Source: an uncultured Planctomycetaceae bacterium (GTDB lineage Bacteria; Planctomycetota; Phycisphaerae; SM23-33). Taken from it: 64,000 nt of DNA. A model generated the notes under the pieces. It saw nothing but the letters and a program-made list of their open reading frames with translations. It had not been told where the DNA came from and did not search any database. Both the position numbers and the translations under genes were made by a program. The DNA lies in NCBI GenBank assembly GCA_964557575.1, contig CAZLBC010000012.1:17400-81399 (forward strand). Reading direction: 5' to 3'. This document shows positions 1 through 9,534 of this stretch, in pieces. Numbering within the stretch: position 1 is the stretch's first letter; each line of letters opens with the position of its first letter.

Positions 1-228
1 AGCGGAGGGCACAAGCGGAACTTCATCGACTGCATCATCAGCCGGAAGGAAACGATCTGCCCGGCCGAGGTCGGCCACCGCTCGATCAGCGTCGGCCTGC
101 TCGGGGAGATCGCGATGCTGACCGGCAGGAAGATCAGGTGGAACCCGGACACCGAGGAGATCATCGACGACCCGGCGGCCGCCGCGCTGCTCGGCAGGCC
201 CTACCGCGAGCCGTGGAAGCTCTCGTAA
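1..228 (+). CDS. Gfo/Idh/MocA-family oxidoreductase, C-terminal fragment (5' end of gene lies outside the window)
   Basis: Frame 1 is open from position 1 to TAA at 226-228. Translation SGGHKRNFIDCIISRKETICPAEVGHRSISVGLLGEIAM...EPWKLS resembles the C-terminal dimerisation region of Gfo/Idh/MocA oxidoreductases (H-K-x-NF-x-D/C-I motif). Confidence 0.5.
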   Translation, partial: SGGHKRNFIDCIISRKETICPAEVGHRSISVGLLGEIAMLTGRKIRWNPDTEEIIDDPAAAALLGRPYREPWKLS

Positions 229-277
229 TACCGCGGTGCCCGGCAATGAATCGAAACAGCGACGTGGAGAACACACC

Positions 278-2752
278 ATGAAAAAGACGACAGTGATATC
301 GGCCGCCCTGTTCCTGTGCATGACGTCCGCAGGGGGCGACGTGTACGAAGACCTCGCCGCGTACGACTGGACGGCGAGCCGCGAACCCCTCGCCGCGATC
401 GCCCGAAAGATACGCGACGCCGGAACGCCGGCCGCGCGGGAGGCAATCGAGAAAAAGCTCATACCGATACTGGCATCCGACGCGGCGGGATATCCCGCAA
501 AACAGTTCGTCTGCCGCATGCTGCGGCGCATGGGGACGAAGGCCTCCGTCCCCGCCCTGTCCGCGCTCCTGGCGGACGAAAAGCTCTCGCACATGGCCCG
601 CTTCGCCCTGACCCGCCTGCCGTACCCGGAGGCGGGCGCCGCACTGATCGCCGCGATCGACAACACCGACGGTGACCTGAAGATCGGAATCATCGATTCC
701 ATCGGCCGCCGCCGCAATCCGCAGGCCGCGGTCGCCCTGGCGAAGCTTCTCGAAAACAAGGCGACGGCGCGCGCCGCGATCCGCGCGCTGGGGAATATCG
801 GCGGGAAAGACGCCTGTGCGGCGCTGGCCGGCGCGAAACTGCCCGCCGGTCTCGCCGTCGAGGCGCGGGATGCCCAGTTGAAGTGCGCCGACACCATGCT
901 CGCCGGCGGAAACGCGGACGCCGCGGCGAAGGTCTACGACCGGCTTTTCGACGAAGATAACACGAAGATGATCAGGATCGCCGCCCTGCGGGGCATCGTC
1001 ATGGCGAAAAAAGAGAAGGCGGTCGATCAACTGGTCGCGCTGCTGAAACGCGGGGATGAAGACCTCGCGAAGGCGGCCGGCACGTATGTCGTCGAGGTGC
1101 CCGGTACCGCCGCGACCAAGGCCCTCGCCGCCCATCTGGACGATCTGCCCGCGGAACCTTGCGCAACACTGCTCGACCTGCTTGCCGAGCGGGGGGATAC
1201 GGCCGCGTCTCCCGCCGTCGCCGCGCTGATCGACAGCGACGACGCGGCGACCCGTGTCGCCGCCGTCAGGGCGCTGGCCGTCCTCGGCGACGCCTCGTGC
1301 GTCCCGGCCCTGGCAAAATCCGCCGCCGGCGGGGGCGATACCGGCACGGCCGCGATCGAAACGCTGAACAGGATACGGGGTGACGGCGTGGGCGCGGCGA
1401 TGAGCCGTCTTTTGGAATCCGGGGACGCGGCGGTCAAGGCCGGGATCATCAAGGTCATGGCGACCCGGGCGGACCGGACGGTCGCGCCGGCACTGCTGAC
1501 TGCCGCGTCTGACCAGAACGCGGACATCCGGCGGGAGGCGATCACGGGCCTTGCTGCCGCGGCCGGCCCCGACCAGGTGCCCGGCATACTCGCGCTGCTG
1601 CTGTCCCCCGCCGACACCGCCGAACGCCCCGCGCTGGCAAAGGCACTGTCCCTGGCCGCGCTCCGCGCCGACGATCCCCGCACCTGCGCCGAGCAGATCG
1701 CACCCGCCGTGAAAAAGGCGAATAATGACACCAGGCCCCTGCTGCTCAACACGCTCGGGAGGCTGGGCGGCACGGCGGCACTCGAAGCCGTCCGCGGACA
1801 ACTCGATGCGAAAGACACGGACGTTGCCCGCGCGGCCGTCAAGGCACTGCAGGGCTGGCCGGACCCGGCCCCCGCGCCGGACCTGCTGAAGGTAATCAAG
1901 ACCACCGAGGACCCGGTATGCAAGACCCTCGCCTTCCGGGGTTATATCCGCATGGCGAACATGGCCGGGGATACAACACCCCAGCGGCGGGCGGGAATGT
2001 ACCGGCAGGCCGTTGAACTGGCGTCCACGCCGGAGGAAAAGAAGGCGGTCCTCGGCGGGCTGACCGAGGCCCATTCCGTCGCGGCACTCCAACTGGCAGA
2101 GGGGCTCCTGGACGAAAAAGGCGTGCAGGCGGAGGCGGCACTGGCCGTGGTGGAAATCGCCGCGAACATCCGCCAGGCCGATCCGGAACGGGCCCGCGCC
2201 GCGCTGAAAAAGGCGATCGAAAGCACGGACAACGCCGGGGTAAAAAAGAGGGCCCGATCCATCATCGACGAGATGGACAAGAACCGCGGATTCGTCGTCA
2301 CCTGGCTCATCAGCGGACCGTATACGCAAGGCGACGCGTTCAAGACCGCCTTCGCCCCGGAGAAGAAAGACGCGCAGGCCGAGTGGCGGCCGCTCAACAA
2401 GGGCGTCGGCCCCAAGGTCATCGACCTGAACAAGGCGGTCGGCGGGTCCAACCGGGCCGTCTACCTGAAGACCGGCGTCTACTGCCCGGCTGGCAAGAAG
2501 GTGACACTCGAGATGGGCAGCGACGACGGCGTCCAGGTGTGGGTCAACGGCAAAAAAGTCCACGCCAAAAACGCCGCGCGCCCGCTGAAAGTCGGGGAGG
2601 ATACGGCGACGGCCGCCCTCGATAAGGGCTGGAACACCTTCCTGGTCAAGATCTCGCAGGGCGGCGGCGACTGGGCGTTCTGCATGCGCGTCTGCGAGGC
2701 CGGCGGCGGCCCGCTCGAGGGGATGCGGGTCGACATCAATAAGGCACGCTGA
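278..2752 (+). CDS. Secreted HEAT-repeat (PBS-lyase-like) protein with a C-terminal beta-sandwich/lectin-like domain
   Basis: ATG at 278 (MKKTTVISAALFLCMTS signal peptide) has GGAG about 12 nt upstream. The track's 236 start is an upstream GTG. Many AAxRALGxxG/DxxxVxxLxxLL HEAT-like repeats are followed by a C-terminal domain (VTWLISGPY...GWNTFLVKISQGGGDWAFCMRV). Confidence 0.7.
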   Translation: MKKTTVISAALFLCMTSAGGDVYEDLAAYDWTASREPLAAIARKIRDAGTPAAREAIEKKLIPILASDAAGYPAKQFVCRMLRRMGTKASVPALSALLADEKLSHMARFALTRLPYPEAGAALIAAIDNTDGDLKIGIIDSIGRRRNPQAAVALAKLLENKATARAAIRALGNIGGKDACAALAGAKLPAGLAVEARDAQLKCADTMLAGGNADAAAKVYDRLFDEDNTKMIRIAALRGIVMAKKEKAVDQLVALLKRGDEDLAKAAGTYVVEVPGTAATKALAAHLDDLPAEPCATLLDLLAERGDTAASPAVAALIDSDDAATRVAAVRALAVLGDASCVPALAKSAAGGGDTGTAAIETLNRIRGDGVGAAMSRLLESGDAAVKAGIIKVMATRADRTVAPALLTAASDQNADIRREAITGLAAAAGPDQVPGILALLLSPADTAERPALAKALSLAALRADDPRTCAEQIAPAVKKANNDTRPLLLNTLGRLGGTAALEAVRGQLDAKDTDVARAAVKALQGWPDPAPAPDLLKVIKTTEDPVCKTLAFRGYIRMANMAGDTTPQRRAGMYRQAVELASTPEEKKAVLGGLTEAHSVAALQLAEGLLDEKGVQAEAALAVVEIAANIRQADPERARAALKKAIESTDNAGVKKRARSIIDEMDKNRGFVVTWLISGPYTQGDAFKTAFAPEKKDAQAEWRPLNKGVGPKVIDLNKAVGGSNRAVYLKTGVYCPAGKKVTLEMGSDDGVQVWVNGKKVHAKNAARPLKVGEDTATAALDKGWNTFLVKISQGGGDWAFCMRVCEAGGGPLEGMRVDINKAR

Positions 2753-2824
2753 TCGCGACCATACTATTCCTTAAACCAGCGAATAAAAACGGCTACAGCT
2801 TGCAGAATTGCTGTATGACCGGCA

Positions 2825-2851
2825 TTTCGAGTGAAACGGTTTCACTCGAAA
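2825..2851. promoter_or_regulatory. 13-bp-arm inverted repeat TTTCGAGTGAAAC-g-GTTTCACTCGAAA with a LacI/CcpA-cre-like TGAAAC/GTTTCA core
   Basis: A near-perfect palindrome is seen directly in the intergenic DNA downstream of the HEAT gene and immediately upstream of a decayed sugar-binding-protein fragment. No T-tract follows, so it is an operator-like site or a stand-alone hairpin rather than an intrinsic terminator. Confidence 0.35.
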
Positions 2852-2878
2852 GCCTTTGCGTCACAAGCAAGAAAATGA

Positions 2879-3175
2879 CCCTACGAGATACTGCAGAAGC
2901 ACCCGGACGTCGACGCGGTCGTGTCGTTCGTGGGGGAACCGGTATATACCGGCGCGTTCCCCGACACCGGAAGAAACAAATTACCCCCCCTCGTCTGTTT
3001 TGCTCCCCGGGGGACGCAGATACCCGAACTGATGAAAAAGGGCATCGTGGTATCGGCCGTCGTGCCGCGCAGCACGCCGAGCGATATATCAGCCGCCCGG
3101 GACAACTGGTTCGACGCCCTCTACGAGGTCGTCACGCCCGAGACCGTCGACGAGTGGGCCGGGGCGGGGAAATAA
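2879..3175 (+). pseudogene. Remnant (C-terminal ~98 codons) of a periplasmic sugar-binding protein (RbsB/LacI-type PBP), with no in-frame start
   Basis: The in-frame translation PYEILQKHPDVDAVVSFVGEP...VCFAPRGTQIPELMKKGIVVSAVVPRS...TVDEWAGAGK matches the C-terminal hinge/domain pattern of type-I periplasmic binding proteins. It is preceded by an in-frame stop at 2876 and has no ATG. The track ORF 2921..3175 begins at an internal GTG. Confidence 0.35.
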
Positions 3176-3208
3176 GCAGGCCGCATCTCACCGCCCGGTA
3201 CCCGGCAC

Positions 3209-4513
3209 CTAATCGCGTTTTTCAATGGGCACGAATTCCCGGCGGTTCGGACCGCAGTACACCTGCCGGGGACGGCAGATCCGCTGCTTGCCGTCCCGCA
3301 GTTCCAGCCACTGGGCGATCCAGCCCGGAAGCCTGCCGAGCGCGAAGAGCACGGTGAACATGTTCGTGGGAATTCCCATCGCCTTGTACGAGATGCCGGT
3401 GTAGAAATCGATGTTCGGGTACAGGTTCCGCTCTTTGAAATAGGGGTCCTCGAGCGCGTGCTGCTCGAGTTCGAGGGCGATATCGAGGAGCGGGTCGTTC
3501 TTGTCCATGAAATTCAGGATCTCCCGGCAGGCCTTCTTGGCGACCTTCGCGCGGGGGTCGTATGCCTTGTACACGCGGTGGCCGAACCCCATGAGCCGGA
3601 AGGGATCGTCCTTGTCCTTCGCCCGCAGAACCGCGGCGTCGACGTCACCGCCCGCTTCTTGAATCTCCTCCAGCATCTCGATGACCTTCTGGTTGGCACC
3701 CCCGTGCAGCGGCCCCCACAGGGCGCAGATGCCGCCGGCGATTGAGGCGTACAGGTTGGCCTCCGCACTGCCGATAAAGCGAACCACGGACGTCGAACAG
3801 TTCTGCTCGTGATCGGCGTGCAGCAGGAGCAGCTTGTTCAGCGAGCCGACCATCTCGTCTCTGACATCAAGGGGATTTACGGGAGAATCGAACATCATGT
3901 GGAGAAAGTTCGAGCAGTACGAAAGGTCGTGCCGGGGGTAGACGTACGGTTCGCCGACGAATTTCTTGTACGAAAAGGCCGCTATGGTCCTGACCTTCGA
4001 CAGCAGCCGGGTCACGGTGATGTCGACGTTCTCGTCGGCGGTATCGCTCTCGAGTTCGGGGTAAAAGGTCGAGAGAGAAACCACCATCGCCGAGAGTATC
4101 GCCATGGGGTGTGCGTGCTCAGGGTAGCCGCGAAAGAAACTTCTCATGTCCTCGTGTATCATCGAATGCTGGTTCATGAGGTTCGAAAAATAAGACATCT
4201 CCTCCCGGTTCGGCAGCTTGCCGTGAACGAGCAGGTAGGCGACCTCCAGGAACGTGCAGTGTTCGGCGAGGTCCTCGATATCGTATCCCCGGTATCGCAG
4301 GATGCCCTTCTCGCCGTCGATGAAGGTGATGTTGCTGACACAGGCGCCGGTATTGGCGTAGCCGGGATCCAGCGTGATCATGCCCGTCTCCTTCCGCAGA
4401 CGGGTTATGTCGATCCCGATCTCCCCCTCGCTGCCGGTCATCATATCCAGGGACAGTTCATGGCCCCCGGCCGCAAGTTTCGCCGCGCCTTCTTCTTTCT
4501 TTATGTCGCTCAT
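3209..4513 (-). CDS. gltA: Citrate synthase (type II, hexameric-type)
   Basis: The 434-aa product is unambiguous citrate synthase across its full length, including GFGHRVYK, HADHEQNCSTS and the conserved C-terminal catalytic region. Confidence 0.95.
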   Translation of the reverse strand: MSDIKKEEGAAKLAAGGHELSLDMMTGSEGEIGIDITRLRKETGMITLDPGYANTGACVSNITFIDGEKGILRYRGYDIEDLAEHCTFLEVAYLLVHGKLPNREEMSYFSNLMNQHSMIHEDMRSFFRGYPEHAHPMAILSAMVVSLSTFYPELESDTADENVDITVTRLLSKVRTIAAFSYKKFVGEPYVYPRHDLSYCSNFLHMMFDSPVNPLDVRDEMVGSLNKLLLLHADHEQNCSTSVVRFIGSAEANLYASIAGGICALWGPLHGGANQKVIEMLEEIQEAGGDVDAAVLRAKDKDDPFRLMGFGHRVYKAYDPRAKVAKKACREILNFMDKNDPLLDIALELEQHALEDPYFKERNLYPNIDFYTGISYKAMGIPTNMFTVLFALGRLPGWIAQWLELRDGKQRICRPRQVYCGPNRREFVPIEKRD

Positions 4514-4669
4514 GTAATACGCTCTCCATCCAATAGTGGTTTTTCATCGAGGGACCAAGCGGGGGCAACACAAGCCCGAAATACGGCAGAGAGAGATTAA
4601 GTAATCCGCTCTCCGCCGTCAAGCGAAATGATTTCCTGAAAGAGCCCGTCTCGTCGCGAACCATACCCC

Positions 4670-6949
4670 CTACCACTGGGGGGGAAGGAAATCCTCCACA
4701 TTTTCGCGCGTTATGATTATCTTCCGCAGGTAGTAGATCGGGCGGTCGACAGTCCCGCCCCGAAACCACCGGGCCGCTATCTCTACGGGCAGCGCCCCGT
4801 CCGCCTCGGCGGACTGGTAGGTGATCGCGTGCAGCCGGCCTTTTTTGATAAAATCAAGCCCGGTGCCGCTCGAACCGGCGGAAATACACACAATGTCGCC
4901 CCGGCCCGCCTCTTTCAGCGCCTCGATAATGCCGATCTGGGCCTTGGAATCGTCTGCACTGACTATACCCTTGAGCCGGTCGCCGAATTCGTTTAGCCAG
5001 GCCGACACCTGTCTCTTGGTCTTCTCGGCATCCAGATCGGTCGTCTGCATATCCAGGCACGTCATCTTCGGCGCAACCTCCTTCAATTGGGACACGACGC
5101 TCCACGTCCTGGACAGGAAACAACTGGTTCCCGCAACGTGCCGCACGATACAGTAGCCCCCTTCGCCCTTCATTTTTCGCGAGAATTCCCGGGCCAGCAT
5201 CCTCATCTGCCCCCAGTCGTCCGGTCCGGTCCAGGTGATGACATACCGGTGTCCCTCGTCGACCGGCAGCAGGTTGCTCGCGATAGTGGGAATACCGGCA
5301 TCGTGGAGTTTCTTGAGCATCGGGACGGCACCCTTGGCATCCACCGGCGTTATGATCACCATGTCGGGCCTTTGGGCGATGGCCTGCTGCACCTGGTCCA
5401 TCTGGAGCTTGTTGTCGTTTCCCGCCTCCATCATAACCAGTTCCATCCCGTACAGATCTGCCAGGCGCCGCATACCGTTCCGGTAACCCGTCCAGTAGGG
5501 ATGGTCCATGTACTGGAGCGATATGACCTTTTTGCCCCGGGGACCGTCACCGGGGCTGTCCGGCAAGGGCAGCTTCGGCGTATCCCATCCGGCGTAGACA
5601 TAGTCGTACCAGTGCAGCAGGTCGTCCCGGGGCAACGATTCGGGGTCGTCGGGCCGGGCAGGAGCCTCGAGAGGTGAATGGTCGATCCAGATCAGCGGCT
5701 GGCCGTCGGTGGCCTTCAATTCCCGGGGATCGAAATCACGCGGCGCGGAAACGGATCCGCCGGGACCGGCCCCCGGGGAGGCGTGGTAGACGGTATACGT
5801 CCACATGGCGACGATCGCAACGATCGCGACACAGGCAACCGCGGATATGCATACGATGGCGAGCGTGTTTTCTTTTTTCCGGGGAGTCATTTCTTCCTGT
5901 TCCGTCCTTTCCGCCTGCAGGGAGTCGAATTCCTTCAGCAGTTCCCTGCGCTGTCCTCGTGTTGTTTCCAGCCGGGACATCCGTACCGCATCATAGAGTA
6001 TCACCGCCGCCAGCACGGCCCCCTGTGATACCAGCTTAACCGATTTGGAGGCCCCAAGATAACTCAGGCCGTTGGTCAGGCAGTTGAGCATAAAGAGGGC
6101 CACGACGCTCATGACCGCGCTTCCCCTCCCGCCGGCCATGGACGTGCCCCCGACGATGACCGCCGCAACCACCAGCATGAGGGTCTTGGCCCCCAGGTTC
6201 GGCATGGCAGTGTTCTGACCGAGGGCGGTCACCACGCCGCCCATGGTCGACAAAACACCGGAGAGTACGAAGACCCCGATAACATATCGGTCGACCGCAA
6301 TCCCCGCATGCCATGCCGCTTCGGCATTCCCCCCGATCAAAAACAGGTTTCTGCCCGCGCGCGTACGCCTGAGAAACAGCTCAACCGCCGCCACCGGCAG
6401 AAACACCATCAGCACGCGGGGCGACCAGGGCATCATGGGATCGAGCATACCCACCACACTCATGCCCTCATCCGCGTCCGCCAGCGAGACGCTTCCCCCG
6501 CCGAGTATGATGCGGGTCAGTCCGACCAGGATGGTCATCATGCCCAGAGTGACGATGAAGGAATTAATCCGCGCCTTCGCCACCAGGATGCCGTTGACCA
6601 GGCCGATACCGCCGCCGATGCACGACACGGCCAGTAGCGTCCCGGGCCACCCCAGCGCGGGCTGAAGATACATCACGCACGCGCCGCCGATACCCATCGC
6701 GGCACCCACTGAAAGATCGAGGTGGCCCATCAGCAGCACGAGGGTAAACGCGACGGCCGCAAAGGCATCAGTGCTTGTCGCCCGGAGCATATTACCGATA
6801 TTGAACCAGGTCGGAAAGACTCCCGGCAGGAGGGCGGACATGAGGCCGAATATCGCCGCGGTCATCAGCAGCAACCGCAGGCGGTACAGCCAGTCACCGA
6901 TCCCCCATCGGCGGTGTCCGTTCGCGATGTTGTCATGCAGTTGGTTCAT
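4670..6949 (-). CDS. Sugar ABC transporter permease (RbsC/XylH-like) fused in-frame to a C-terminal periplasmic sugar-binding domain (Peripla_BP_4/RbsB-like)
   Basis: The N-terminal ~330 aa form a multi-TM branched-monosaccharide permease. They are followed by a charged linker, a TM anchor (MTPRKKENTLAIVCISAVACVAIVAIV) and a ~360-aa type-I PBP domain (KVISLQYMDHPYW...DMVIITPVDA...). No stop codon separates the two parts. Confidence 0.8.
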   Translation of the reverse strand: MNQLHDNIANGHRRWGIGDWLYRLRLLLMTAAIFGLMSALLPGVFPTWFNIGNMLRATSTDAFAAVAFTLVLLMGHLDLSVGAAMGIGGACVMYLQPALGWPGTLLAVSCIGGGIGLVNGILVAKARINSFIVTLGMMTILVGLTRIILGGGSVSLADADEGMSVVGMLDPMMPWSPRVLMVFLPVAAVELFLRRTRAGRNLFLIGGNAEAAWHAGIAVDRYVIGVFVLSGVLSTMGGVVTALGQNTAMPNLGAKTLMLVVAAVIVGGTSMAGGRGSAVMSVVALFMLNCLTNGLSYLGASKSVKLVSQGAVLAAVILYDAVRMSRLETTRGQRRELLKEFDSLQAERTEQEEMTPRKKENTLAIVCISAVACVAIVAIVAMWTYTVYHASPGAGPGGSVSAPRDFDPRELKATDGQPLIWIDHSPLEAPARPDDPESLPRDDLLHWYDYVYAGWDTPKLPLPDSPGDGPRGKKVISLQYMDHPYWTGYRNGMRRLADLYGMELVMMEAGNDNKLQMDQVQQAIAQRPDMVIITPVDAKGAVPMLKKLHDAGIPTIASNLLPVDEGHRYVITWTGPDDWGQMRMLAREFSRKMKGEGGYCIVRHVAGTSCFLSRTWSVVSQLKEVAPKMTCLDMQTTDLDAEKTKRQVSAWLNEFGDRLKGIVSADDSKAQIGIIEALKEAGRGDIVCISAGSSGTGLDFIKKGRLHAITYQSAEADGALPVEIAARWFRGGTVDRPIYYLRKIIITRENVEDFLPPQW

Positions 6950-6958
6950 TTACGCGGC

Positions 6959-7963
6959 TCATTCACCGTCCCTGCCCCCCTTGCGCAGAAACCAGGAACT
7001 CAATCCGACCACGGCGATAAAGATGCCGCCCCGTATGAGATATTGCTCATCCTGGCCGATACCGGGCAGCAGGGGCATCACGTTTCCCAGGAGCCCGATC
7101 ACGAGCACCCCGCCGACGACGCCGATCGTGCTGCCGCGCCCGCCGCTCAGGGTCGTCCCGCCGATCACCACGGCGGTGATCGCCTGAAAATCATAGGTCA
7201 GCCCGCTTTCGACGTCGCCGTACATGTTGAAACTGGTCATAATGATCCCCCCGAGGGCGGCGGCGAAACCGGAAATCGCGAAGGCGGTCGCGATGACCCC
7301 GCCCACCGGAATACCGCTCAGTTTGGCCGCCGCGGAGGAGGCACCGGTGAGTTTGACCTTTTTGCCGAAACCGGTACGGCTGCGGAGGAAATACGTCACC
7401 GTCGCCATCGCGACAAACAGGACGACCGCCAGGGGCACCGCCCCGCCTATGTCCGCCCGGTAGAGGCCGGCAAAAAGGCTGCCCGGGACCGTTCCTTCGT
7501 CGACGTATACCCAGGTTCCCCCGTACGCCCAGCGGGTAATCCCATCCGCCAGGGACATGACCGCGAGTGTCCAGATAATGGGATTGAGCCTGAAGTAGCC
7601 GATTACGATTCCGTTAACCAGGCCGATCAAGGTTCCGGCGGCCAGCCCCCCCACGAGGGCCACGACAAATCCCCCGGGGAGCAGAACCACGGACACGATG
7701 CCCGAAACCGCCATCATCGCCGGGATGGACAGGTCCACGTACCGGCCGCAGCAGGTGACGAACGACAGGCCCAGGGAGACGATGCCCAGTATCGACACGT
7801 CCTTCACCGCCTGGAGCAGTTTCTCCGCCTTCCAGAACTCGTCGGAAAGATACCGCCCGATCAGCAGCAGCACCAGCGCGACGGCGTATATGCCCAGGAT
7901 CGCCAGGAGCCCCGAAAGGCCGCTTTTTCCCCCCTGCAGGCGCGCGGTATTCGATCGATTCAT
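6959..7963 (-). CDS. Sugar ABC transporter permease (RbsC-like)
   Basis: The 334-aa multi-TM protein has the ribose/xylose-type permease signature. Its start ATG overlaps the ATPase stop (ATGA). Confidence 0.85.
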   Translation of the reverse strand: MNRSNTARLQGGKSGLSGLLAILGIYAVALVLLLIGRYLSDEFWKAEKLLQAVKDVSILGIVSLGLSFVTCCGRYVDLSIPAMMAVSGIVSVVLLPGGFVVALVGGLAAGTLIGLVNGIVIGYFRLNPIIWTLAVMSLADGITRWAYGGTWVYVDEGTVPGSLFAGLYRADIGGAVPLAVVLFVAMATVTYFLRSRTGFGKKVKLTGASSAAAKLSGIPVGGVIATAFAISGFAAALGGIIMTSFNMYGDVESGLTYDFQAITAVVIGGTTLSGGRGSTIGVVGGVLVIGLLGNVMPLLPGIGQDEQYLIRGGIFIAVVGLSSWFLRKGGRDGE

Positions 7964-9489
7964 GCCGACAGCAACTCCCCTTCCCCGTTCGCGGCGAGCA
8001 AGAGGTGCTCTTCGGTGCAGCGGGCCCGCTCGGCTTCGCCGATGATGCGTCCCTGCCGCAGGATGAGGACGCGGTCGGAAAGACCGACAAGTTCCGGCAG
8101 ATCGCTCGATATAAGAATGACCCCCCTGCCCCGGTCGGCGATGTCCGCGACAGCCCGGTGTATGACGGCCTTTGCGTTCACGTCGACCCCCCTCGTTGGC
8201 TCGTCAAGAATGAGCACCTTCGGCTCTGACGCCAGCCATTTCGCCAGGAGACCCTTCTGCTGGTTGCCCCCCGAAAAGTTCACCATCTCGCGCCGGGGCT
8301 CCGGGGGAGATATCCCCAGAGACGCAATCATGTCTCCCACGATTCTCCGCCCCGGCCCCGGGCGATAGACGCCGCAACTGCAGTGGCGGGGGATGATCGC
8401 GGAGAGGATATTCTCTCCCATGGTCAGCCGCAGGGCGAGGCCCTCGTTCTTCCGGTCCTCGGGCAGGTAGACCAGGCCCTTTCGCACCGCGGCGGGATAA
8501 TCGCGGGGCGTGATGTCCTCCCCGTCCAGGATGACCGCACCGTCGTCGAGGGGATCGATCCCGCAGGCGGACCGGGCCAGCTCGCTCCGGCCGGCGCCGT
8601 TGAGGCCACAGATGCCGAGAATCTCACCGCGGCGGAGCTGCAGCGACGCCTTGTGAAAAAAACCGTAGCGGGTCAACCCGACTGTTTCGAATAATACGGG
8701 CCCGGGCGCTCGTGTTCTTTTCGCGTACAGGTCGGACATCGCGCCCCCGACCATCAGTTCCACCAGCCGCGTGCTGTCCACGTCCCCGATCGCACAGGTA
8801 TCCACGCGCCGCCCGTCCCGCATGATTGTTACCCGGTCGGCAATACGGAAGACTTCCGGCAAGTGGTGGGAAATATAGATAATCGCCAGGCCGCGGTTTT
8901 TCAGCGATCGGATAATGCCGAAGAGCCGCTCGACTTCTTCCCGCGACAGGGACGAGGTCGGCTCATCCATCACGAGCACACGCGGTTCGGCGGAAAGTAC
9001 TTTGGCTATTTCCACCAACTGGGCCTCGTGCCGGCTCAACTCCCCGACCTCGGTCAGGGGGTCCACATCGAGACCGACCATATCGAGCCACCGCCGCGCT
9101 TCGTCGAACAAGGCCCGGCGGTCCAGGATCCCCCCCCATCGACGCGGGAGCCGACCCGCGAGAATGTTCTCCGCCACGGAGACGGGAGCGGCAAGGCTCA
9201 ACTCCTGGTAGACCATGCCGATCCCGCTGCGCCGAGCCACGGCGGGCGAACGCAGATCCACTTCCCGCCCCCCCAGCCGTATCGTGCCCGTGTAATCGTC
9301 GAACGATCCGGCCAGCGTTTTCATGAGGGTGGATTTCCCCGCCCCGTTTTCACCCATGATGGCGTGTACTTCTCCCGCCCGGGCACTGAAATCAACGTTA
9401 TCCACGGCAAGGGTGCCCGGGAAACGTTTGCTGACCGCCGACATCTCGATTACGATACCGGGTTCAGGATGTCTGCGGACATCATTCAT
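7960..9489 (-). CDS. Sugar ABC transporter ATP-binding protein with duplicated ATPase domains (RbsA/MglA-type)
   Basis: Walker A GENGAGKST and a second P-loop GLNGAGRSEL with LSGGNQQK signature motifs place it with the 509-aa tandem-NBD sugar importer ATPases. Confidence 0.9.
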   Translation of the reverse strand: MNDVRRHPEPGIVIEMSAVSKRFPGTLAVDNVDFSARAGEVHAIMGENGAGKSTLMKTLAGSFDDYTGTIRLGGREVDLRSPAVARRSGIGMVYQELSLAAPVSVAENILAGRLPRRWGGILDRRALFDEARRWLDMVGLDVDPLTEVGELSRHEAQLVEIAKVLSAEPRVLVMDEPTSSLSREEVERLFGIIRSLKNRGLAIIYISHHLPEVFRIADRVTIMRDGRRVDTCAIGDVDSTRLVELMVGGAMSDLYAKRTRAPGPVLFETVGLTRYGFFHKASLQLRRGEILGICGLNGAGRSELARSACGIDPLDDGAVILDGEDITPRDYPAAVRKGLVYLPEDRKNEGLALRLTMGENILSAIIPRHCSCGVYRPGPGRRIVGDMIASLGISPPEPRREMVNFSGGNQQKGLLAKWLASEPKVLILDEPTRGVDVNAKAVIHRAVADIADRGRGVILISSDLPELVGLSDRVLILRQGRIIGEAERARCTEEHLLLAANGEGELLSA

Positions 9490-9534
9490 TCTCGTGAATC
9501 CGTCCTCTTGCGGCGTCAGGCCTGCCGATAGCGG

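Noticed and set aside
161-2563. 800-aa minus-strand ORF spanning the HEAT-repeat gene
   Set aside because: It is Arg/Gly/Pro/His-rich and low-complexity, and fully antisense to a well-supported coding gene. This is the typical high-GC antisense artefact.
2800-3357. 185-aa plus-strand ORF across the intergenic region and the 3' end of gltA
   Set aside because: It spans non-coding DNA and runs antisense to citrate synthase. Only the in-frame SBP-like remnant 2879..3175 was kept, as a pseudogene.
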